Origin: Amphiscolops sp. MND2022
Lineage: Eukaryota
Assembly: GCA_964187785.1 (NCBI GenBank)
Contig: OZ076409.1
Coordinates: 52,020,001-52,084,000, forward strand
DNA: 64,000 nucleotides
Direction of reading: 5' to 3'
In this document: positions 25,182 through 34,431 of the stretch, one piece after another
Layout: every line of letters starts with the position of its first letter
How positions within the stretch are numbered: the stretch's first letter is position 1
Notes under the pieces: model-generated
What the model was told of the DNA's origin: nothing
What the model saw: the letters and a program-made list of their open reading frames with translations, nothing else
The model's database searches: none
Position numbers and translations under genes: made by a program

Positions 25182-26876
25182 ATGTCGTCAGAGAACGTTC
25201 TCGAAGAAGCTACTACAATACCTCCTGGCACAGAGGGACAAGAACAGTCAGCAAATCCCCTCCCTGCCGTTGTCAGCTTAACACAAGTCATTCCCCAGGA
25301 GACTTTAACCCCCAGTCCATCAACAGAAGAGAGTGTCAGTGCATATGTAGAGCGCACATTACAAGAATTAGGGCCCCAGCATGAAGTTTGCTTCAACCCG
25401 ACCATTGAGGCCGAATCGACAGAGCCAACTCCGGAACAGCCCATACCAAAGGCATCCGTCTCAGATGCAATCGACAAGCCCATTGAAGGGAATGAGGGCC
25501 AGCCAGACGTATTAGTGGAGACTGAAACTCATGATGAAGAAATGAGTGAAGAGGGCCAATTTAAGCTCAAAGCAGACTACTTTCAAACTGATACTAGTTC
25601 GGTAGAGGAGCTTTACGATAGTGCCGGGGCGGATACCACGACTCGTAAGCTCACATTTATAACTTCTGGGGTTGCTGATCCAGAGGAGGAGGGACAAGAA
25701 GATCTGGATACAGGCCGCCTAGCTGAGACATCCAGTGTTGTTACTCGCGTACGACAATCGAAGGAAAAGACTGGCCTTACTGTCCCTGGTCGAGCATTAC
25801 TTAAGAAGTATTTCGATGAGGCCCCACCGGTTCACTTGCCTGTTGGACACCGAACCCTGGCTCTTAGTGAGCCACAAGTCCATGCATTACTCAAGGTTGT
25901 CTCAGATGAAGCCGTTTCGTCGTCGTTGCACACGATGCATTCACTGGTCAACGAAGTTCTCAAAGCCGGCAGTAGGATGAACAGGGAATGGACCGTACCC
26001 GGAGGTTCTCGGGGTCCCCGTACAAATTCTGAGAGCTCAGCAGACGATACATCCCGAGGCGGACACACTACCGATGACTATACAAGTGGGGCTTTAAGTT
26101 CCGATGACGATTTCATCACCCGGCGACCCACACTTCCCCAAATGTCGACGGACAATCAGGCTACTACGACTGAAGCAGTTACGTCCAGTGAAATGATCCC
26201 TAGTCCGGGGTTTACTGCCTCTGACTACAGGCCATTATCCCAGTTGTGTTCTCCTCAATCACCCGAGGGTCCCAAAAGACCCGTTCGAAAACGCAGGAAG
26301 GTGGCTGGGTCTACAGGAAAAGTCATGAAAGAAGCTTATTTTAAAGGCATAAAATGGACCAAAACCTTTGTGACCGGCCCCTTGGACCCAGAGCACAATA
26401 AACACAAATTTTATTGTCAAATCTGCAAGTCCAATATTTCCATGTTCTCAAAGGGGGCCAGGGAAATCGTCAGGCACTACCAGTCAGAGTCGCACCTTCG
26501 AAAAGACCAGCGCTGGAGGTACGAAAACCTACGGCTTGTGGACCCGGTGACTGGCCAAGTGAGACACGAAGTCCGGGGCAGAGACGGACAAGTCCTTACG
26601 CCAGTCGAGTTGGAGAAGGAAAAACCCCTTTTTGAGAACGCCGTTTTAGTTGACATAGGGGACAAGCACCCCTTTTACGACGACTACATTGCCGGAACAA
26701 TCGCTACACCCAGCTCTGAAGAAATTAGAATTTGTACTCAGATTTCCCTGATTGGCCACTTCGTCCCTCAGTGTGGAGACGTCCTGTTACTCCAGACTTT
26801 GTGGAACCAGATTGGCATAGCAGCCAACCACAAGGAACCATTTTCACCTCTCGAGTGGGGCGCTACCACTTTGACC
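25182..26876 (+). CDS. Antisense cargo gene, coding exon 1: acidic low-complexity region, NLS, BED/C2H2-like zinc finger
   Basis: ATG at 25182 follows a pyrimidine tract and AG (25178-79). Contains PKRPVRKRRK and FYCQICK..IVRHYQSESH. Phase-0 donor GTAAGT at 26877. Confidence 0.85.
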
Positions 26877-26958
26877 GTAAGTATTCTTTCCTTTCTGACT
26901 CCGTTATCGTCGTAAGGTTTCCAATTGTCATCGTCTCATCTATCCCTTTATATTTCAG

Positions 26959-27444
26959 ACTATCTTCCACCACATTTTCCTCTGCGGAAGGAGCGACATA
27001 GCACACCACGTGAACGTCTCCGGCAAGTACTCCCTGGAGTTTGAACCTTCAGGCCTTCATTGTATTGTGTCAATCCGTTTCTGGAAGGCAGACACTTTGT
27101 GTACCGTTCGCCTCATGCAGTACCGCCTCGCCAGTGACCATGCCGCTGGACTGTTGACAGCAATAGCGCGCATCTTCTCATTCTTGTCAGTACAGCCTCA
27201 GTTGGTCAGTGTGTCCTGCTGTCCGTCGGAACTCATTCCTATTTTGGAACAGTCGGGCCTGTTAACGAAAGGGATCCAGTACCCATTTAGATTTGATACA
27301 TTTTCTTTGCCCAAGCTCATGCATCAGAAATGGGGAAGCGTCTTCGGAGGGATCAACTTTTTCTCTCAACTCCGATTCTTAGTCACATTCCTAGATGGTT
27401 GTCAGGACGAGATCTGGGCCACTCAGTCTCCTGAACTCGGCAAG
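26959..27444 (+). CDS. Antisense cargo gene, coding exon 2
   Basis: Acceptor tatttcag (26958), open frame TIFHHIF..PELGK, phase-0 donor GTAAAT at 27445. Confidence 0.8.
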
Positions 27445-27518
27445 GTAAATATAATCAAATCTGTTTTGGCGGGTGGACTAATAGTCAGATTTCGCTCCCA
27501 AGTAATCCTTTCGTTTAG

Positions 27519-27735
27519 GCGATTTCAACTTGTTCTCTTGAAATCACATCAGTTCCTGCAATATGTTCCGAGCTGCTGGCGGACTGGAGGGCGGTGCATG
27601 ATTATATGACCCGAGTTGCTCCGACGCAAGAAAACCAGGGAGTGAGGCATAGACCCCAAAGTTTAGAGTGGAGCATAATTGGTGATGAGTTCTTTCATCT
27701 CAAACTCGAATTCTTTGGCCGAATTGTCCGTGATT
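27519..27735 (+). CDS. Antisense cargo gene, coding exon 3
   Basis: Acceptor cgtttag (27518), open frame AISTCS..LLADWRAVHDYM..HLKLEFFGRIVRD, phase-1 donor GTTAGT at 27736. Confidence 0.75.
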
Positions 27736-27884
27736 GTTAGTATTTTCTTTTCTTTCATGGGCCAATTATGTGTATAAGCATAGTTACTCGCATTCAAGCT
27801 CACGTAGGGCCATTATTGTCCGAACGGACTAGGGGTCTACTCATCTATCACTAGTGTATTCTCAAAAGGTTCGTTGTTTTGCAG

Positions 27885-29038
27885 ATACCAAGTGCTTCGA
27901 GGGCAGTCTCTCTCAGCGGAAAGACTCTGGCTTCCTTACGTACCGCGAGTTACGGCAGTTCGTGCGGAAGCTCTGCTACAGATCCTTGCTTCCAAAACAT
28001 TTGCCTGATGAGGCCGACTGGACTGGGCTACACTCATTACAGGGAGAGTCGCTCACTCAGCTTTCGTCACGGGATTTCCTCAATCGGTTAAAACTTAAAG
28101 GAGACCTGGACGCAGCTTGTCGGGCCAGAGCCAAACGTGAGGCCGACGATCCCCAAAGTGTGTACACTGATTCTGAAGCCGCGGTTGAAGCAGTTAAGGA
28201 AGAATTTGCCTCCAAGGCTCGCAGTTACCTGGTTCGCCTTCTGGAACGTTTCCTTGATGACATCAGCTTCAATTCTGACATCGTTAAGGGTATGAGTTGC
28301 TTTGACCCTGTGGTCCTCCTTTCCGTGAGCTTTGATCAAGCTGCTCTTTGTTTTTCTACCCTCTATTACTCCTTCAGCTTGCGAGGATGGGTGTCCAATA
28401 CCCCAGAGACTGAGGCCCGGGATGAGTACCTTGAGTTCGTGGACTTCTTCCGTACCAAGTACCACGACTTTAAAGATGTTCCAGAAACTTTTACTGACAT
28501 GATTGGGTTACTGACTCCCATGCCTGAGTTGAGGTCCCGTCGGCACTTGTTCCATTTATTCCAGTTGAGTTGTCTTTGCTTGACTTCCCAGATTCCCAAG
28601 CTGCCAGCTATCAAGTTCCAGGGCGTAAATAGCAATGATCCTCGCTGTCGATTGTCCAGTGTCTTACTTCCTGCTCAGTCCTATTTAGCAAACGTGGTTG
28701 GGTCAGTAGCTGTATGTACAACTGAGGCTTATTTGGAGAAATATCGCGCGCTTGAGTCCAGATTCATCAGTGGGAATGTTGCAGGTGACCCCTGGGTCCA
28801 CATTGACAGCTTTGGCAAGGCCAATTTCCTTAAGACTCTTATTTCTGCTCAGAAGGCTTTGAAAGATAAACCTCGCTCTGCTAGTCGGTCACCTTCGTCA
28901 TCGGTATCCAGTACTGGATGTCAGCGGCGTAAACGCAGTCCAATCAAAGATAAGAAAGGAGTGAAGTTTGGGGCTGTCTCCTTTTCTAAAGCACCCACTG
29001 CCAGTGATACTCTGTTGCCCGGGAGCTCTAAAGACTAA
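27885..29038 (+). CDS. Antisense cargo gene, last exon (hAT-transposase-like helical C-terminal half)
   Basis: Acceptor gttttgcag (27884) joins in phase 1 to the long ORF ending TAA at 29038. The four exons total 3552 nt, or 1183 aa plus stop. Confidence 0.85.
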
Positions 29039-29236
29039 ATGTACATAGAGTACATTTGTTTCATATTCTGTCAACTTGTATTTATCATATTATCTCGTTT
29101 GTTGAAATTTCTTGAGTTTATTTGTAGTATTTCTTGATTTTTGTTTTCATTTGTATCAGTTGGGAAGTCCAGTGAAAAAATAGTAAGAAGATCAAGTAGC
29201 CTAAAAGGCTGTCTGGACGTTAATTTACATATCTAG

Positions 29237-32200
29237 TTAATATCTGTATTCGTCAGTGAAGTTGGGGGTTGGGTTAGGTCGAAGATTATATTTCCCTCCT
29301 CTAGGGCTAGAAGTTTCTTCATCTTTTCCATTTTCCGATATTCCGGGCACGGTAATATCTACGCCTCCTTTTGAAGCAATTTCCGCATTTTCTAAATCAT
29401 TTGTGACGTCATTTTGATTTGCCGTCCCACGTGGCGTTTCGCTCAGTGGGGACGACGCGTCACGGCTGCCAGCCGGTCTCGGCCTTATTTCATTCTCGTT
29501 GACGTCATTTGCATTTTCCGCCCCAGTAGTCGATTCATGTGGAAGGGACGACGCGTCACGGCTGCTAGCCGGTCTCGGCCTTATTTCATTCTCGTTGACG
29601 TCATTTTCATTCATTCTCTCGCTGCTGCATTCACTTTCATTTACTCTGCTGCTTTCATTCTCGGTGACGTAATAGTCGACTCCACCATTCGTGGCGTCTT
29701 GCGGCAGACGCGTGGCCGTGTCTGGCCAATCATTTTTCTTCGGCTCGAATTGCTCGTATTCAAAGTCCGCTTCCCATGAAATGGTATACAAATCATCTTG
29801 CGGTATTACGATTTCTTCATCAGGCTGTAATTTCTCTTCTTGGTATTTGTCCTCTAACGGAGCATTTGGGCCAAATTTTTTGAGCCTGATCCGGTGCAAA
29901 ATCTGCGTTTTATTCGTATTTAAACGACGCACTATGTAATTGTTATTTGGTAGAGTTTTTTGAACGACAAAAGGACCAATCCAACGGAAGTCCCTGAATG
30001 GTATTTTAGAGCCTTGACTATCCGCTTTTGGTTGAAGAACAAAACAATAGTCCTTTTCTTGTAGCGGAGCCGCTTTGGCCTTGCGGTCGTAGTATTCTTT
30101 GTACTTTAAATACGACTGCATAATATTCTTTTTGGTCTGATCAATGAGGATTTGCGTCCTCTGCTGTAATTCTTCCGCGAATTCAGTCGTCGGTAGGAAA
30201 TTTTTGTTAGGATTATTCCCTAATTTGTGATCCAGGACGTTATAGGGAATGCGGCCATGAAAGACTTTGCTAGGCTCACAACCAATACTAGCGTGATAAG
30301 TAGTGTTATAGTTAAGCACAGCTAATGGTAAATATTTGTGCCATTGACGACGGTATTCCCCTGAGGCCATCTTTAGGTTGGTTTTTAAAGAGGCGTGTGT
30401 CCTTTCGAGTTTACCAATAGTTTGCGGATGTTTAGTAGTGGCACACTTCAATGTGATCCCCAATATTGCAGTAATTTCTTCTAAAATTTTTGATGTAAAT
30501 GCGGATCCCTTGTCCGTGATGAGTGTTGTTGGCAAATACGAATGTTTCGTCATGATGTCAATTATCACCTTGGCTACGTTTGCGGCTGTTGCCTCAATTA
30601 GTGGGTAGGCGAATAAATATCTTGAAAATACATCTATTGCCGTCATCACCGTTTGGTATCCACCGCTAGTTGGTAAGTTTGGCAATAAATCGATTTGCAT
30701 GGCATCTTCTGGGCCTAGGTCCCATTCAGGTAAATTCAGTAATTCTGGGGTGATTACCGTGTTGGGGACTCTTTTGTCCTTGGCACATGTTTCGCAGCCT
30801 TCTACCCATTTTTTGACGTGTTTAGCAATTCCGGGGTAGTAGTATTTCTGGCGAATTTCTTGTAGCATTTTAGAAATGCCCGGGTGTCGATGTGCCGTGC
30901 CATGTATTGCTTGTAATAATTCTTTGAGCAAATGCTTTGGCAATAAGATTTGATGATATTTGACCTGTCCGGTTTCATCGTAGTACTGCCGTGTCACTAT
31001 CTCGTCTTTGAGGATTATTCGGTCTATGTTGTTCAAGTAATACTTGTACCGAATATCCTGTTGAAGGATTTCTTCAGAGTATTCTTCTTTTTGAAGTTTC
31101 GCCTTCAATTGGAGGAGAATCGGGTCTCTGGACTGTTCAAGCAGTATCTGATTTGTTCTTCTTAATTTCTGCGTGAAATTAGTAATCTCTTCGACGGTAT
31201 TTTCTGATATAGCGTCAATTTGGATTACTGTCTCAGGGACTATGAGACCTTTTTTGGATTGTTGTTTCCGTTTCCAAATCTGTTCTTCTGTTTCATTGTC
31301 CTCCTCAGTGAAGAAAATTGGCTCTTCTTCTGATACGCCGGCCGATTGGACATTGACTTCGATTGGTCTAGTTTCTACGTCCTCTCGTATTTTCAGGACC
31401 AACTTTTCGGTAGGGTCCATTTCCATGCGGGACAAGTAGTCTGCCGCTGTATTGTTTTTGCCTGGAATGTGAGCTATAATGAAGTTGAATTGAATGACAA
31501 AATCACAAGCATTCCAGAGAGGCGGTGGAATTATCTTTGTCTGGAAGAACCTCGTGACCGATTTGTTATCTGTGAGGATAATCACGGGTTGAGGTGTTCC
31601 CCAGAAGATATGTCCAAACTCCTTAAATACATAATATATAGCTAGGAATTCCTTTGCATATATCGACATTTTAAGTTGAGAAGGCGTGAAAGTTTTGGAT
31701 CCATATGCAATCGGCGCATAGGACTTTTTAACAGAAGTGTATTTCTGATTTGGGTCGTCTTCGGTCAATATGGCGTAACCGGCTGCTGTAAAACTCGCGT
31801 CAGTCATAAGGACCAGTTGTTTGTTCGGCAGAGGTTGTTTCAACGCCAATTGACTACATCGGTCTAAATCGCGGTTGATCTCATTAAATTGTTCAACTAG
31901 CTCTTGCGTAACTAGTACTTTTTCATCCTTTTTGAGCAATTGGAAGAAGGGAACTAGTTTTTCGGATAGCCTTGGAATATAATTCCTGTAGTAATTGAGG
32001 AAACCAAGGTAGCGTTGTAAGGCCTTCTTGGACTTTGGGAATTTCGTCTTTTCCAAGAAGTTAGTGATTCTTTCTTTTTGGGGTTTTACGCCTTCAGGTG
32101 TAATGGTTCTCCCAAGAAAGTCAATTTCAGTAGCGCCGAAATGGCACTTGTGCATGGACAATTTCAATCCTGCTTCTCTGATACATTGGAAGGTTGCTCT

Positions 32201-34402
32201 TAAGTTGACGATAAGCTGGTCGGCGTCTGTCGCCGCAACACCAATATCGTCCACATATTGAGCACATTGGTCTGCTTTTATGACACGATCCAAGTATTCC
32301 CTCATGAAACTGGAGAAGGCCGACAGGGCTCTACTGAGTCCTTGGGCTAATCTTCTATATGCAAATGTCCTGCTAGCGAAGTTAAATGCTAGCATTTCAA
32401 TCGACTTCTGGTCTGCCATAGGAAGGCAATGATAAGCTTGAGAACAGTCAAGTTTGCAAAAGAGCTTTTTGCCTGCCATATGTTGCGCCGCATCCGTCAG
32501 GGTACTGACTGGGTGATTGTTGTTGATATAATCGTCTGAGATGAGATTATTTATTTTCCTCAAATCAACCAACAGTCTCAATTTCCCATTGGGCTTTTTC
32601 TGCGCGAAGATGGGACTGGCATACTTTGAGAATGATAATGTCGTTATAATACCATATTTATGAAGTAACGCCAGTTCGACCAATATGTCCTCTTTGAGGT
32701 TGACTGGTGTAGGTAGGCTCTGACTGTAGGCAGGTGATTCGTCTTTTGGGGTCAGTTTGACCGTAAATTCCTCATTGACACCAATGTCAAATCTATGGCG
32801 CGCAAAGATGTCATGGAATTCCACTAATAGAGTTTCTATTTGTCTGATTTCATGTTGTTGTAACATTGAATCCTTCCAATCAAAATTACTGAGGAATTTT
32901 CGACGAGATTCCGCATCGTCGTGCGGGTTGAGTTGTTCTAAACTTTGCAGATTTCGTAATTCTTTGAGAATTCTTTGTTGTATTGGGGTGTGGGTCGTTT
33001 CGTCCCCTGGGTTTTCAGGCGTCGGGAACCAATATTGTTCGTATTGGTCATTATTTCTGTTAGCTTTAAGAAGGCTACTTATATAATAAATAGCGTCGTC
33101 TTCATTTTCATTCAGTAAGTGCCAGGTGGACACTGGGTCTATTGGCCTGACGTGTTTCATCTGTTCAGGGGTCATCACTGAGAAGTTTGCAATGTGCATC
33201 CCTTTCTTTATTTTATAGGGTTGATCAGTGAAATTGTTAACGTGTATTCTCATAACCCCTTCGTGTAGTGTGACTATGGCGGCGCAGAAGGTTATGTCGC
33301 CTTCTTCGTGCAGAAGATCGCTGGGTTGCAATATGCCCGTAACTGCATTTTCTGCGTAAATTTGTGATTGAATGGGTATGACCACATGGTCATTGGGCGG
33401 AATTGTGACATCCTCAGGATTGAGGATGGGTTCCAAAACATTTGAGTATTTATGGTCAGCCGTCTTGAGTTGCATCGAAAAATAGGGGAAGTTGAGTATA
33501 CCTTGGCGCATATCCAGGACAGTGTGGTTCCTTTGAAGGAACATTAGTCCAATTATGGGGCTTGACAGTTTTTCCATTACAATGAAAATTTCGTGAAATT
33601 CTATGTCGCCCACTTCGAATTTTAGTTCGACTGTGCTCTTTGGGGTTTCTAAGTCTCCATTTGCGACCATTATTTGGAAAGATGGGGCAGGACCTTCTTT
33701 TACAATGGATTGAGGGGCCAATAGGCGTATTTTCCTGAGGTCTGCCTCCGGGATTGCACTGGAGTGAGCTCCAGTGTCTATCAGGCCAACTAGAGTTAAT
33801 TCCCCAAAGTCCATTGGGAAATAGAGCATTCGTCGTTTGAATTTAAGTCCAAGGTTTGTTGAAAGGGGAACGTATGGTAATTCTCCTTCGTTGGTCACTA
33901 GAAGGTGTAAGAAGACTGTCTCGTCTAAAAGACTATTAGGAGCCTTGTGGTCCTCCTGTGTGTGTATGGTGTCTACTTCTTGTATAGTTGCCTCAAAGTT
34001 CGGCTGCCAAAGATCAATGAGGGCCCGAGACAGTGTGTTATCTTCAATGTCTGGGTCGTCCTCGTCGTCAGTTGGGGGGTAATCTTCATTTCGAAATTGT
34101 AAATTGGTTTTGTCATATAGTTCTTCGTCCCAGTATGGGTCTTTGCCATACTCGGGGTCATAGTATTGAGGGTTATAATCTTCGACAGTTTTTAAAGGGC
34201 GAAAGTGAGTTTCCAAATCGTTGCGGTTACTGTTCCGTCGATATAAGTATGGATGATCACTGTGGATGATATATTGAGTTTCTCTGCGGGCGTCGGCCAT
34301 CTGCTGCTGCCAGACAGTCGATGGCATCCCTGTGGTGTCGTTTTGAGTTTGTTTATATGTAATGTTTGCAGGGTCAGATATGACGTACTGTCGTACTGAC
34401 AT
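29237..34402 (-). CDS. pol: Pol polyprotein: aspartic protease, dUTPase-like spacer, RT, RNase H, integrase with GPF motif
   Basis: LIDTGA; LDCSQAYH and YVDD; LMTDAS, KEFLA, TDNKS; HGTAHRH..CETC, IDLL, TDKG, LERTH; WIGPFVV; terminal YNLRP. 1721 codons without a stop. Confidence 0.97.
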   Translation of the reverse strand: MSVRQYVISDPANITYKQTQNDTTGMPSTVWQQQMADARRETQYIIHSDHPYLYRRNSNRNDLETHFRPLKTVEDYNPQYYDPEYGKDPYWDEELYDKTNLQFRNEDYPPTDDEDDPDIEDNTLSRALIDLWQPNFEATIQEVDTIHTQEDHKAPNSLLDETVFLHLLVTNEGELPYVPLSTNLGLKFKRRMLYFPMDFGELTLVGLIDTGAHSSAIPEADLRKIRLLAPQSIVKEGPAPSFQIMVANGDLETPKSTVELKFEVGDIEFHEIFIVMEKLSSPIIGLMFLQRNHTVLDMRQGILNFPYFSMQLKTADHKYSNVLEPILNPEDVTIPPNDHVVIPIQSQIYAENAVTGILQPSDLLHEEGDITFCAAIVTLHEGVMRIHVNNFTDQPYKIKKGMHIANFSVMTPEQMKHVRPIDPVSTWHLLNENEDDAIYYISSLLKANRNNDQYEQYWFPTPENPGDETTHTPIQQRILKELRNLQSLEQLNPHDDAESRRKFLSNFDWKDSMLQQHEIRQIETLLVEFHDIFARHRFDIGVNEEFTVKLTPKDESPAYSQSLPTPVNLKEDILVELALLHKYGIITTLSFSKYASPIFAQKKPNGKLRLLVDLRKINNLISDDYINNNHPVSTLTDAAQHMAGKKLFCKLDCSQAYHCLPMADQKSIEMLAFNFASRTFAYRRLAQGLSRALSAFSSFMREYLDRVIKADQCAQYVDDIGVAATDADQLIVNLRATFQCIREAGLKLSMHKCHFGATEIDFLGRTITPEGVKPQKERITNFLEKTKFPKSKKALQRYLGFLNYYRNYIPRLSEKLVPFFQLLKKDEKVLVTQELVEQFNEINRDLDRCSQLALKQPLPNKQLVLMTDASFTAAGYAILTEDDPNQKYTSVKKSYAPIAYGSKTFTPSQLKMSIYAKEFLAIYYVFKEFGHIFWGTPQPVIILTDNKSVTRFFQTKIIPPPLWNACDFVIQFNFIIAHIPGKNNTAADYLSRMEMDPTEKLVLKIREDVETRPIEVNVQSAGVSEEEPIFFTEEDNETEEQIWKRKQQSKKGLIVPETVIQIDAISENTVEEITNFTQKLRRTNQILLEQSRDPILLQLKAKLQKEEYSEEILQQDIRYKYYLNNIDRIILKDEIVTRQYYDETGQVKYHQILLPKHLLKELLQAIHGTAHRHPGISKMLQEIRQKYYYPGIAKHVKKWVEGCETCAKDKRVPNTVITPELLNLPEWDLGPEDAMQIDLLPNLPTSGGYQTVMTAIDVFSRYLFAYPLIEATAANVAKVIIDIMTKHSYLPTTLITDKGSAFTSKILEEITAILGITLKCATTKHPQTIGKLERTHASLKTNLKMASGEYRRQWHKYLPLAVLNYNTTYHASIGCEPSKVFHGRIPYNVLDHKLGNNPNKNFLPTTEFAEELQQRTQILIDQTKKNIMQSYLKYKEYYDRKAKAAPLQEKDYCFVLQPKADSQGSKIPFRDFRWIGPFVVQKTLPNNNYIVRRLNTNKTQILHRIRLKKFGPNAPLEDKYQEEKLQPDEEIVIPQDDLYTISWEADFEYEQFEPKKNDWPDTATRLPQDATNGGVDYYVTENESSRVNESECSSERMNENDVNENEIRPRPASSRDASSLPHESTTGAENANDVNENEIRPRPAGSRDASSPLSETPRGTANQNDVTNDLENAEIASKGGVDITVPGISENGKDEETSSPRGGKYNLRPNPTPNFTDEYRY
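29449..29606. repeat. In-frame duplication with a 96-bp period in the integrase C-terminal tail
   Basis: gacgacgcgtcacggctgc..gacgtcattt at 29451 and 29547; peptide NDVNENEIRPRPA(S/G)SRDASS occurs twice. Confidence 0.9.
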
Positions 34403-34431
34403 CTTGTTACATATTTGGAGTCGTGGCGAAA

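Noticed and set aside
24800..29236. Antisense gene as a nested, autonomous hAT transposon
   Set aside because: No TIRs or 8-bp TSD found by eye and the catalytic residues appear absent; not formally excluded without other copies.
29237..29760. Chromodomain at the integrase C-terminus
   Set aside because: The tail is acidic and low-complexity, with no aromatic-cage pattern.
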